Assembly: GCF_963921235.1 (NCBI RefSeq)
Contig: NC_086097.1
Span: forward strand, 173,540,001 to 173,604,000
Direction: 5' to 3'
DNA length: 64,000 nt
Origin: Mobula hypostoma
Lineage: Eukaryota
Position numbers and translations under genes: made by a program. This document shows, in pieces, positions 51,060 to 63,745 of this stretch (positions within the stretch are counted from its first letter, which is position 1; every line of letters begins with the position of its first letter). The notes under the pieces are model-generated. The model was not told where the DNA came from. It did not search any database and saw nothing but the letters and a program-made list of their open reading frames with translations.

Positions 51060-54000
51060 TTGGGACCTCTTCTGGTGCAGGTATAACCTGTTCAAAAAGG
51101 ACGGGTTACACTTGAATCCTAGGGGGACCAACATCCTGGCGGGGAGATTTGCAAGGGCTACTGAGGTAACTTTAAACTAGAATGGTTGGGGGGTGGGAAT
51201 CAAATTAAAGAGACTAGGAGAGAGGAGGTTAGTTCACAACAGGGGGATGGGAACAAGTGCAGAGAGACAGAGGGGTGTAAAATGAGGGTAGAAGCAAAAA
51301 GTAGCAAGCTGAAAAGTAAAAGTGGCAGGCCGGCAAATCCAGGGCAAAAATCAAAAAGGGCCACTTTTCAACATAATTGTATAAGGGCTAAGAGTGTTGT
51401 AAAAGCAAGCCTGAAGGCTTTGTGTGTCAATGCAAGGAGCATTCGTAACAAGGTGGATGAATTAAAAGTGCAGATTGTTATTAATGAATATGATATAGTT
51501 GGGATCACAGAGACATGGCTCCAAGGTGACCAGAGATGGGAGCTCAACATTCAGGGATATTCAATATTCAGGAGGGATAGACATGAAAGAAAAGGAGGTG
51601 GGGTAGCATTGCTGGTTAAAGAGGAGATTAACACAATAGAAAGGTAGGACATTAGCCAGGAGGATGTGGAATCGATATGGGTAGAGCTGCATAACACTAA
51701 GGGGCAGAAAACGCTGGTGGGAGTTGTGTACAGGCCACCTAACAGTAGTAGAGAGATTGGGGATGGTTTTAAACAGGAAATTAGAAATGTGTGCAATAAA
51801 GGAACAGCAGTTATAATGGGTGACTTCAATCTACATATAGATTGGGTGAACCAAATTGGTAAGGGTGCTGAGGAAGAGGATTTCTTGGAATGTATGCTGG
51901 ATGGTTTTTTGAACCAACATGTCAAGGAACCAACTAGAGAGCAGGCTACTCTAGACTGGGTATTGAGCAATGAGGAAGGGTTAATTAGCAATCTTGTCGT
52001 GAGAGGCCCCTTGGGTAAGAGTGACCATAATATGGTGGAATTCTTTACTAAGATGGAGAGTGACATAGTTAATTCAGAAACAAAGGTTCTGAACTTAAAG
52101 AAGGGAAACTTTGAAGGTATGAGACCTGAATTAGCTAAGATAGACTGGCTAATGACACTTAAAGGGTTGACAGTGGATACGCAATCGCAAGCATTTAAAG
52201 ATCGCATGGACGAACTACAACAATTGTTCATCCCAGTTTGGCAAAAGAATAAATCAAGGAAGGTAGTGCACCCGTGGCTGACAAGGGAAATTAGGGATAG
52301 TATCAATTCCAAAGAAGAAGCATACAAATTAGCCAGAAAAAGTGGCTCACCTGAGGACTGGGAGAAATTCACAGTCCAGCAGGGGAGGACAAACAGCTTA
52401 ATTAGGAAGGGGAAAAAAGATTATGAGAGAAAACTGGCAGGGAACATAAAAACTGACTGTAAAAGCTTTTATAGATATGTGAAAAGAAAAAGATTGGTTA
52501 AGACAAATGTAGGTCCCCTACAGACAGAAACAGGTGAATTGATTACGGGGAGCAAGGACATGGCAGACCAATTGAATAACTACTTTGGTTCTGTCTTCAC
52601 TAAGGAGGACATAAATAATCTTCCGGAAATAGTAGGGGACAGAGGGTCCAGTGAGATGGAGGAACTGAGGGAAATATATGTTAGTAGGGAAGTGGTGTTA
52701 GGTAAATTGAAGGGATTAAAGGCAGATAAATCCCCAGGGCCAGATGGTCTGCATCCCAGAGTGCTTAAGGAAGTAGCCCAAGAAATAGTGGATGCATTAG
52801 TGGTAATTTTTCAAAACTCTTTAGATTCTGGACTAGTTCCTGAGGATTGGAGGATGGCTAATGTAACCCCACTTTTTGAAAAAGGAGGGAGAGAGAAACC
52901 AGGGGATTATAGACTGGTTAGCCTAACATCGGTGGTGGGGAAAATGCTAGAGTCAGTTATCAAAAATGTGATAACAGCACATTTGGAAAGCAGTGAAATC
53001 ATCGGACAAAGTCAGCATGGATTTGTGAAAGGAAAATCATGTCTGACGAATCTCATAGAATTTTTTGAGGATGTAACTAGTAGAGTGGATAGGGGAGAAC
53101 CAGTGGATGTGGTATATTTGGATTTTCAAAAGGCTTCTGACAAGGTCCCACACAGGAGATTAGTGTGCAAACTTAAAGCACATGGTATTGGGGGTAAGGT
53201 ATTGATGTGGACAGAGAATTGGTTGGCAGACAGGAAGCAAAGAGTGGGAATAAACGGGACCTTTTCAGAATGGCAGTCAGTGACTAGTGGGGTACCGCAA
53301 GGCTCAGTGCTGGGACCCCAGTTGTTTACAATATATATTAATGACTTAGATGAGGGAATTAAAGGCAGCATCTCCAAGTTTGCGGATGACACGAAGCTGG
53401 GCGGCAGTGTTAGCTGTGAGGAGGATGCTAAGAGGATGCAGGGTGACTTGGATAGGTTAGGTGAGTGGGCAAATTCAAGGCAGATGCAATTTAATGTGGA
53501 TAAATGTGAGGTTATCCACTTTGGTGGCAAAAACAGGAAAACAGATTATTATCTGAATGGTGGCCGATTTGGAAACGGGGAGGTGCAACGAAACCTGGGT
53601 GTCATTATACACCAGTCATTGAAAGTGGGCATGCAGGTACAGTAGGCGGTGAAAAAGGCAAATGGTATGCTGGCATTCATAGCAAGAGGATTCGAGTACA
53701 GGAGCAGGGAGGTACTACTGCAGTTGTACAAGGCCTTGGTGAGACCACACCTGGAGTATTGTGTGCAGTTTTGGTCCCCTAATCTGAGGAAAGACATCCT
53801 TGCCATAGAGGGAGTACAAAGAAGGTTCACCAGTTTGAATCCTGGGATGGAAGGACTTTCATATGATGAAAGACTGGATCGACTAGGCTTATACTCTCTG
53901 GAATTTAGAAGATTGAGGGGGGATCTTATTGAAACATATAAAATCCTAAAGGGATTGGACAGGCTAGATGCAGGAAGATTGTTCCCGATGTTGGGGAAGT

Positions 54001-54317
54001 CCAGAACGAGGGGTCACAGTTTGAGGATAAAGGAGAAGCCTTTTAGGACCGAGATTAGGAAAAACTTCTTCACACAGAGAGTGGTGAATCTGTGGAATTC
54101 TCTGCCACAGGGAACAGTTGAGGCCAGTTCATTGGCTATATTTAAGAGGGAGTTACATATGGACCTTGTTGCTAAAGGGATCAGGGGGTATGGGGGGAAG
54201 GCTGGTACAGGGTTCTGAGTTGGATGATCAGCCATGATCATACTGAACAGCGGTGCAGGCTTGAAGGGCTGAATGGCCTACTCCTGCACCTGTTTTCTAT
54301 TTTTCTATGTTTCTATC
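51060..54317 (+). mobile_element. CR1 LINE, 5'-truncated, young: ORF2 (APE endonuclease + RT) intact except two in-frame stops
   Basis: ORFs 51186-51647, 51666-53645 and 53649-54218 share one frame, separated by TAG codons. Motifs NARSIRNK, GITETW, GDFN, SDH, QHGF, PQGSVLGP, FADD; (TTTCTATG)-type tail. Confidence 0.95.
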
Positions 54318-55627
54318 TAGGGACAGTATGTGCTGTTATAATGGATTTAAAAAACCCCAACATGAGCAAAGCACCATGAAAATAAACTAAATATTTAGAT
54401 CTCAGTAGAGTTATTAAACCAACAATTTGAATAGAATGTTGGATTAAGATCTTTGTTGCAGTACTAGATGACCACCCACCACTTGAAAAGGCAGATTTCA
54501 CAAACAAATGAATAATCAGTCTCAGCAGTTGAGGCAACTATTCACACTGGAGTTACAGGACTTGCAGTACCATTATTTCACACCAAAGCAATACATTTAC
54601 GGTATCAATTGTTCACCCAACTTTTAAAACAGAAACTAAGTACTGTCCAATACTCGATCAGAAGCCACTAATGTTTATCTAAAATCCTGGAATGATTCCA
54701 CTTAGATTCGGAACTATTTAATCAAACCTCAGAGATTTCTCAGAAATCCTTGAGAGAAAGAAATAAAAGAGTAAAAGAATGTAAAGAAGACAAACCAGAA
54801 CAAAAGAGAAATGTGATAGATCCAAATATACCTGAAAAACTAAGGAAATAGAATATTTGAATGAAATAAGAGAAAAAAGATAAATAAGATTCATCCTTTG
54901 AATTTTTATTGGGATGGTGGGGGAGGGGCTGGTTAAACATTCAGAGGTAGAATAAGAATCAGGTATTTTATCACAGGCATGTGCCGTGAAATTTGTTATC
55001 TTAGCAGCAGCAGTTCAATGCAATACATGATCTAGCAGAGAAAAAATAATAAATAAAATAAAAATAATAAAGAAATAAACAAGTAAATCAATTACAGTAT
55101 ACATATATTGAATAGTTTATAAAAATTGTGCAAAATGGAACTATTTTAAAAAGTGAGGTAGTGTCCAAAGATTCAATGTCCATTTAGCGTATTGAAGTTT
55201 CAGTCAGTCCGGTGAGTAGGAAAAAATAAGTTTCTGGACATTAGTGGCTTTTATATTCAAATCTGAAATATATGAATTCTTGTTATATATGGTCTATTGT
55301 TTTATTAACTTTTTCACTTGTGTGGTGATTTTGTGGACATTCCCTGGTTGTGCACGAACAGATGCTGAGTGGATACTCACTTGAACTACTACAGACTATC
55401 TGGGGATGCCACTCATGTGAACATTGTCTTTGAAGAAGATCCAGGATAGTGACCTAGAACTTACAGTAGAACAACATTAAACATTCAAGTCAGAAGGTGG
55501 CTGCTGTGGGCTCTTGTCCTTCGAGACAAGAAGCAGATAAAACAGTATCAATTGAGAAACACCTGGCTATGTAACTACGTGGAGGAACAGGGCTTACAAG
55601 GATATTGGCTGAACACATGAAATTGGG

Positions 55628-55774
55628 CAACACACATAAAAGTTGCTGGTGAACGCAGCAGGCCAGGCAGCATCTCTAGGAAGAGGTGCAGTCGACGTTT
55701 CAGGCCGAGACCCTTCGTCAGGACTTTTATGTGTGTTGCTTGAATTTCCAACATCTGCAGAATTCCTGTTGTTT
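55628..55774. mobile_element. 147-bp Penelope mini-insertion (inverted terminal repeat piece plus 3' terminus) with 13-bp TSD, in a CR1 tail remnant
   Basis: TSD acatgaaattggg at 55615-55627 and 55775-55787; inverted repeat gcaacacacataaaagt / acttttatgtgtgttgc. Confidence 0.88.
55690..55725 (-). ncRNA. Minimal type-I hammerhead ribozyme motif, intact core, GUC triplet
   Basis: Minus strand agtc-CTGACGA-agggtctcggcct-GAAA-C-GTC-gact; stem I agtc/gact, stem II agg/cct, loopless palindromic stem III (ACGT). Confidence 0.85.
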
Positions 55775-56199
55775 ACATGAAATTGGGACTAGTTGGGTGG
55801 ACAGTATGGTCAGCACACACTGGATGAGCCAAGGGGCCTGAATACTTGCAGTGTTGCACTATTACCGTATGGATGTCAATGGCTCTAGACAGTGGCAACA
55901 AATTGGGAGGTAGTACCACAGAAACCATGGGAACTTTTTGCCATTATGACTGTACATATCCTCACTACAACATAAAGGTGGTGGATTTGGAGGATTTTTA
56001 AGCTAGTCAGTTGAGTAACTGGCAAACAAATAGTTTGCTCCAGAATTTGTTTCATTTCTTATGATACTTTGCATGTGTACAAGTCAATAATTTGTATTGT
56101 AAGAAAGTGAATCACTTCAGGCTCAGTAGATTTGCCCCACTGAAGTAGCCACAGTATTATGCAGGTGGTCCTGCTGAGATCCTGTTCAGTGCTGACTTC

Positions 56200-59100
56200 C
56201 AGGGTGTTGATGATGAGGAAACAGAAATGGCATTATATATCAAGGCCATTGTTTGCATTTCCAGAGCACTTGCATTCTGTCCACAGTGACCATTCCGAGC
56301 TCCCAGTTGCATGCCATTTCAATTCCTCTTCTCATTCCTACACCAACAAGCCCATCCTCGGCCTTCCCTACTGCAGGGTGGAACTCAAAGCAAACTAAAT
56401 TAACAACAACTCATATTCTACCTGAATAGCTTATAGCCCAAAGGTATGAACATTGGTTTTTCAGTTTCAGGGAACCCTCGCATCCACTGGTTCTCCTGCC
56501 AGCCCATCCTCTCCCTCCTTTTCATTTCTCTTTGATCCTTCCATTTCTGTACCCTTTCCCATACCACCCGACTGCCCAACACCCAATCATCCAGTTTCGT
56601 CTTCCTCCTCTCCTTCCAATTCCCTGTCTACTTCTGATTCCATCACCCTTCAACTCTCCCCTAATGGTTTCCATTATCACCTTCCTTTCTTTCTCATCTG
56701 GTAGCATTCATGTGGCCAGTGATCATCCTCTAGGTTATCTCTACATTCACCCTCCCATAAGACTATAAGACATAGGAACAAAACTGTACAATCCCAATGA
56801 CTACCCAATGACTTGGCCTCCAACGCAGTTAATTCCACAGATTCATCACCCCCGGCTAAAGAAATTCCCCCTCACTCTGTTCTAAATGGATGTCCCTCTG
56901 AGACTGTGCCCTCTGGTCCTGAACTTCCACTATATAAGAAACATCTCCACATCCACTCAATCTAGGCCTTTCAATATTTGATTAGTTTCAATGAGATCCC
57001 CCCCTATTCTTCTAAATTCCAATAAGTACAGGCACAGAGCATCAAACGCTCCTCATATGTTAACCCATTCATTCCCAGAATCATTCTTGTGAACCTCCTC
57101 TGGACCCTCTCCAGTGTCAACACATGTTTTCATTGATAATGAACCCAAACGTCCTCAATGCCTTATAAAGTCTCAACATTACATCCTTGCTTTTATACTC
57201 TAATCCTGTCAAAAAGAATAATAATGTTGCATTTTCCTTCCTTACCACCAAGTTAACCTGCTAGTTAACCTTTAGGGAATCCTGCAATAGGACTCCCAAA
57301 TCATTTTGCACCACTGATTTTTGGAATTTCTCTCCATTTAAAAAATAGACTATGCCATTATTCCTTTTACCAAAGTACATGACCATAGACTTCCCTACAC
57401 TATATTCCATCTGCCATTTCCTAGCCCATTCTCCCAATCTGTCCAAATCCTTCTGCAGATTCCCTAATGCCTCAACACGTAACTTTGTATCAGCTGCAAA
57501 CTTGGTCACAAAGTTCCAACACCAACCCCTGCGGAACACCACTAGTTACTGGCAGCCAACCAGCAAAAAACCCCTTTATTCACACTCTTTGTCCCCCCCC
57601 CCCACCATTCAGCCAATCTTCCATCCATGCACGTATTTCTCCTGTAGTACCATGGGCTATTATCTTGAGTAGTCTCATATGTGGCATCTTGTCAAAGGCC
57701 TTCAGAAAATCCAAGTAAACAACAAACGCATTGACATTTGCAATTTTCCAGTCCTCTAGAACCATTCCAGAATCTAGTGATTCTTGAAAGACCATTAATA
57801 ATGCTTCCACAACCTCATCAGTTACTGTTTTCAGAACCCTGGTGATCCATCCATCTGGTCCAGGTGACTTTCAGATCTACCTTCAGATCTTACAGTTTCC
57901 CAAACACCACCTCATTAGTAATACTGACTACACTCACGTCTGCCTTCAATACTCATGAACTTCTGGCATACTGCTGCTGTCTTCCACAGTAAAGACTGAC
58001 TCAAAATACTTACTAAAATCATCTGCCATTTCTTTGCCCACCATTACTACCACTCTAGCATCATTATACAAAGTCTTATATCCATTCTTGCCTCTTTTTT
58101 ACTCTTTATATGTCTAAAAAATCTTTTGGTATCTTCTTTTAATACCATTAGTTAGCTTACTTCCATATTTCGTATTTTCTCCACTTATGTTTTTTTTAGT
58201 TGTCTTCTGGTGGTTTTTAAAAGCTTCCCACTCCTCCAACTTCACACTAATTTTTGTGCCATATCATATGCTACATCTCTTTTGCTTTTTTGCTGTCTTT
58301 GACTTCCCTTATCAGCCACATTGCCTCACCCTCCCTTTTGAATACTGCTTTGGGATGTATCTATCCTGCAACTTCCAAATTGTCCCCCAGACATTCCACT
58401 GCTGTTCTGCCATCATCCCTGCTTGTGTCCCCTTCCAATCAACTCTGGCCAGCTTCTCTCTCATGCCCCTGTAAACTCCCTGTAATCCACTTTATCTTCT
58501 CCTTCTCAAACTGCAGGGTAAATTCTATCATAATATGATCACTGCCTCCCTAATCAAATCTGGTTCATTACACAACACCCAATCCAGAATTGTCTTTCCC
58601 CTAGTGGGCTCAGCCATAAGCTACCCGAAAAAGACATCTCATAGGTATTCTATGAATTCCATCTCTTGGAATCCAGCATCAATCTGATTTTCCCAATCTA
58701 CCTGCATATTGAAATCCCCCATGACTATCATAACAATGCCCTTATTACATGCCTTTTTCATCTCCTGGATACTGTTTAAGGGCCTGTATATAACTTCCAG
58801 CGGGGCCTTTTTACCGTTGCAGTTTCTTAACTCTATCCACAATGTTTTTACATCTTCCAATCCTATGTCACCCCTCTCTAAGGATTTGACTTCATTTTTT
58901 ACCAGCAGAGCCACCCCAACCCTTGCATTGAAAAGACCTGCCTGTCCTTTTGATACAAGGTGTATTCTTGGATGTTAAGCTCCCAACTATGATCTTCTTT
59001 CAGCTACAACTCAGTAATGCACACAACATCACACCTGTCAATCTTTAATTGCACTACAAGGACATCTGCTTCAATCCGTATACTACATGCTTTCAAGTGT

Positions 59101-60270
59101 AACACCTTCAGTCCTGTATTCACCACCATTTTCAATTCTGCCCCCATGTTACACTTCAGCTCATCCCAGAGACTGTAATTTTGCCCTATCATCTGCCTGT
59201 CCTTCCTCACAGTCTCACTACACAATGTATCAACTTCTGCACCAATTGCTCCACTGTCAGCCCAATCACTCTGGTTTCCATCCCCGTCAAATTAGTTTGA
59301 ACCCTTCCCAACAGCTCTAGTAAACTGGAGCACAAGAATATTGGTCTCAGGTTCAGGTGCAACCCACTCTTTTTGTACACATCATACAGTAACTTCCTCA
59401 GAAGGGATTCCAATTATGGATAAATGTGAAACCCTGCCCCCTGCACCTCTCCCTCAGCCACTCATTCATGTGTACTATTATTCTATTCCTACCATGACTA
59501 GCATCTGGTACTGAGAGTAATCCAGAGATTACTAACTTGGAGGTCTTCCATAACTCCCTATTTCCCCTTTCTATGTATGTCATTAGTGCCAATGAGCATC
59601 ATGACCTCTGGCTGCTCACCCTTCCTCTTTTAAATCTTATGCAGTCTCTCAAAGATGTCCTTGACCTTCGCACCGGTGAGGCAAAACATCATCCTGGCTT
59701 CTCTTTTGTGGCCAGAGAATCTGCTGCCCATCCCCTTAACTATTGAGTCTCCTATCACGATCGCTCTGCCTGACTTTACCCCTCCCTGCTGAGCCTCAGA
59801 ACCAGCAACACTGCCCATGACCTAGTTGCTGCTCCTGTGGCCTGATAAGGAATCTACCCCATCAGCAGTACCAAAGGGATATACTTGTTGCTGACCTCTC
59901 CCCTCTCCTCTCCTGGCTCCCTGCCTTTTCTTTTGTCTTTCTCCATATATCATCTACTTGACCAAATTTCATGATACAATATACCTAAGCGTCATAAACC
60001 TGATTCTTATTCTGCCTCAATCTAGAATGTTCCCCTCCCTCTCCTTTACCTGATTCGATCTTATCATCCTTCCATCTCTTTTGGTTCACCAATCACCTAT
60101 TGGCCCCCTTCATGTCATTATCCCTCTCCTCTACCTCAGTGTGATGTAGGGTTTCAACCCAAGATGTCAACAACTCTTTTACCCCAGAGGTGCTGCTCAA
60201 CTTGCGAAGAGCCTCCAGGAAATTGTTTGTTGCCCTAGATTCAAGCATCTGCAATCTCCTCTGTATCCGC
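56200..60270 (+). mobile_element. Old Penelope 3' part (56200-56757 and about 60010-60270) split by a CR1 insertion
   Basis: HSELPVACHFNSSSHS GIY-YIG C-terminal remnant; pyrimidine-rich UTR resumes after the CR1 and ends in the degenerate terminal repeat (..gttgccctagattcaagcatctgcaatctcc). Confidence 0.6.
56758..59900 (-). mobile_element. CR1 LINE, old and heavily deleted, retaining part of an SGNH-esterase-like ORF1
   Basis: RT remnants (KFAADTKL, DFLKAFDKMPH), endonuclease (IYRPLNS, MGDFN), ORF1 remnants (AIVIGDSIV, GAKVKDI, VISGLL, NEWLR). Confidence 0.85.
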
Positions 60271-61069
60271 TTGTGATTCTGTATCAGATTACAACATCAG
60301 CATTTATTTTGCTTGTTTCTCTCATTTATTGTGGTGGTAGTGGTGAAAGGTTTAGAAAATGATGGTGAAATAGCCTGGTTTTGTAATGGCCAATATATTT
60401 TTGTACATGGCTGGTGTTGAAGAGAGAGAATAGATTAAAACAATGAACACACTTCATATGGATTGGGTGCCAATCAAGCAGGGTGCTTGCGTTGGACAGT
60501 GTCATGACTCAAGTATTATTGGAACTGAATTCCTTATCACATGTGGAGAGAATTCCATTACACTCCCGGCCTGTGCATTGTAGATGGTGGAAAGGCAACT
60601 TCAACTTAACTTCCATTAAAAAGGTCAATCTCAGAAGAAACACAGCACTGTTATTTGAAGCACATGGAGAAGCCCAAACTCCATCTAATTTCTTCAAGGT
60701 GTTTTAATTTCAAAACATTAAGCTCAGTTGGACAGTTGAAATGTTTCCCGCTTGTGAAATCAGACATCCTGGCAATCATTCATAAACCTACAGCAAACTT
60801 CATATAAAGATAGGAGAGAAGTTTCACACTGAGTTCAGTCACTAAGAAACAGGTGAAGATGATTAAAATTTCACACCAACAACTATCTATAAGAAAGAGT
60901 TTAATCTCATCATTTTAGATCTTTATGATAATCCAATATACCATCTATTTGGCGTTTTCTCATAATAAAGTCATTGTTATTCATGAAACTACTTAAAAAT
61001 ACAAATGCTAGATAATACCACATTTTAAAGCATTATTGTTTTAAAACTCTCCCAACTTTTGAGCACATC

Positions 61070-61455
61070 TACATGAAACATTGCCGTAGAAAAGCAGCAT
61101 CCATTATCAAAGATCGTCACCACCCAGGTCCTGCTCTTTTCTTGCTGCTGCCATCAGGTAGAATATACAGGAGCCTCAGGACTCACACCACCAGGTTCAA
61201 GAACAGTTACTACCCCTCAGCCATCAGGCTCTTGAACAAAAAGGGATAACTACACTCATTTAAGGACTCTTTTATCTTGTTATTTTATGTTTTTGTTATT
61301 TATTGCTACTTATTTATATCTGTATTTGCACAGTTGTCCATTGCTAACAGCTGCTGTTCCATAGATTTGCTAAGTATGCCGCAGAAACAGAATCTCAGGA
61401 TTGTATGTGGTGACATGTATGTACTCTGATAGTAAATTTTACTTTGAACTTTGTA
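61070..61455 (+). mobile_element. Rex-Babar LINE 3' fragment
   Basis: ctgctgccatcaggtagaatatacaggagcctcaggactcacaccaccaggttcaagaacagttactacccc (LLPSGRIYRSLRTHTTRFKNSYYP). Confidence 0.8.
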
Positions 61456-62263
61456 AACTGAACATAGATTTCAAATAGTCACCATTTCTAGAATTTGAGA
61501 CCACTCCAAGAAAAAGGGTCAAATCTCTTCTCTCCTTTACAGTATAAATGAGCAATGTAGTGGTAATTACCTATTGAACTCCACGTCTGAAATTCAGCTC
61601 TTTTGAATTGAGAGATGGACTTCAATGCATATTTATTTTCACATCAAGCATTTAGTGTTTAATAACATAGGACAAGTTACTGACCTATTAAACTTTATGG
61701 CTTACATGGGTATGGAAGGAACTATTCTCTACTTAGATTATAGAATTGTTTTGCGGATGTATATAAGAATTTGAATGAAATGTGTTAAAATTGAAACTGT
61801 ATTTAATAGAGATGATTAACCAAAGTTAATTTAAATTAATCAACGCAATTCTGAATGTATGTTAACTGCTGTCATTTTAAGCCATTTTCTCTTGCAAGAA
61901 CATGACTAAATGTACTGCTTTAATTAAGTGGAGCATGCCACATGCACAGACCTTAAGACAGCCTTGTACATCAAAAAATTATACATTAATTCTTAACAGT
62001 GAAACTTCAGGGAATACAAACTCCAAAGCAGTTTCAGCCAGATTGTAAATAAGATTATTATTTTCACTGCCTAATCATTGCATATAGTAAGTAGAACTTT
62101 TAACACAATAAGATTATCCACTGGCAAAACAACACACCTTTTGGGAGAGAAAGCTGATTCATGGCAGACAAGCAAACTCTAATTTCAGTGACTTCCCTTA
62201 TAAAGAGATCAGTCAATTCTCCTATTCAGGCAATAAACTTTTACATGTTCCAGCTGCACATAC

Positions 62264-62398
62264 CTGGGGCTTTGGCACAAGCTTTTATTGATCCCATGGT
62301 CCCCGAAACACATTTTACCAATGATGTGCTACAGAATTTCAACTCAACGTTTTGGATAGAACCCTCCAGAGTTGGCAATGGATTCTGGGATTTCACAC
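62264..62398 (-). CDS. VPS13B: VPS13B (COH1) internal coding exon, 135 nt, phase 1-1 (probably equivalent to human exon 18)
   Basis: Translates GVKSQNPLPTLEGSIQNVELKFCSTSLVKCVSGTMGSIKACAKAP, nearly identical to recalled human VPS13B (GVKSKNPLPTLEGSIQNVELKYCSTSLVKCASGTMGSIKICAKAP). Acceptor tttcttttattag|GT, donor CAG|gtatgt. Confidence 0.95.
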
Positions 62399-63745
62399 CT
62401 AATAAAAGAAAATTGCAAATGAAGTAGTCTGCTGTGTTTAAATAATTAGGAATTCTAGATAGTGGAGTTATTTCTCCACACTTAGATGTAATGTTATACA
62501 AACTGTGTATTCGTATATAACTGTATGAGCTTTGTACAAAATTACATAAATTGCAAAAAAAAATCAGCACAGGTTTAACTTTCAATCTTTTGAAAAATAC
62601 ATTGTGAAGCAGTTTTTAATTTTCAAAATATTCAGATTTGCAAATTGCTCTGAATGATAGCTACAGATAATGAAGACAGTTAAACCTGCAACACAGGGCA
62701 GTAAATTAATCTGACACTTCAAGTGCATTCTACTATGGCACTGCAGTGTAAATTTGGATATGAAGCACAACTAATTCCGGAGGCACGAGTCTCACATTGG
62801 TTCGTTTCAGCACTTCATTGAGTACAAGCTAGAGTGGTCACCATGCCTAGTTTATAAAAGTGGCCTAATGGCCTCCTTAAAATAACCTTAACTTATTGAT
62901 TAGTTCAAATGTTTAGTTAAGTGATTAGTTCAAAGTTTCTTCCAGTCCAAACTTTCTAAGCATCCCTAATTATTGGAAGAAAATCTGTGCATGCATCTAT
63001 GCTTGCACAGACCGTTCCTCAACGGGACAGTGGAGCTTGAACCAAAGCAGGAACCAAACAGTGTAAACAGGGTTCCATCTCAATGGAAATAGATATCACA
63101 AACAAACATATGATCCATCTAAACTAATGAACACTGATAGAAAACACACCTTCCTTCTCAGTCTCAAAAATGTTAAAAAAGTTCAGAACAGTACCGTGAT
63201 TGCATTTAGCTACCACTACAAAATAGCTTTGAACATATCTATGAAAGTAACTTGAAAGAAAGAATCGATCTCTAGTTTGTGATAAGCACTACTCAACAAT
63301 AGTAATTGGTTTAATGTAAGTGTGCATGACAATACCCATCAAATCTAACCTTGACATTTTTGCACACTGCTATGGAAAGTACAGTGCCTTCAAATTACAA
63401 GGATCTTTCCTCTGCTAATTAAACTTTATTTCTTCACAAATCTGCATCAGATCATCAAAGAGAAAAAAAATCAAATATTTTAGGTAAGGACAATATCTAA
63501 TTTTGTTTAAAATTGCATCATTTCAAAATCTCGTTTAAAATTTTCTGAAAACTTGAGTCCAAAGTCCATATTGTTTCAGACTTGAGAGATTTTGAAATGG
63601 AGATAGTTTTGCTGTGACTGCAAGCTTCCTCTTTAACTCAAACTAATTAGTTTATTAATAAACCACACAATGTATTTACTGATAAGGTCATTTTGTTAAC
63701 TATTTACTCTACTAATTTAACCTTTGCCTTACCTGGCTACTCATT

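Noticed and set aside
51551..53830. Long minus-strand ORFs (273, 134 and 93 aa)
   Set aside because: Antisense shadows of the CR1 ORF2.
62399..62585. N-terminal part of the 114-aa ORF 62241-62585
   Set aside because: Intronic read-through; similarity to VPS13B is limited to the AG/GT-bounded 62264-62398.
63720..63745. Strong donor-like site CAG|gtaagg on the minus strand
   Set aside because: Lies about 13 nt from a CR1 tail with no upstream VPS13B-like coding sequence or acceptor.
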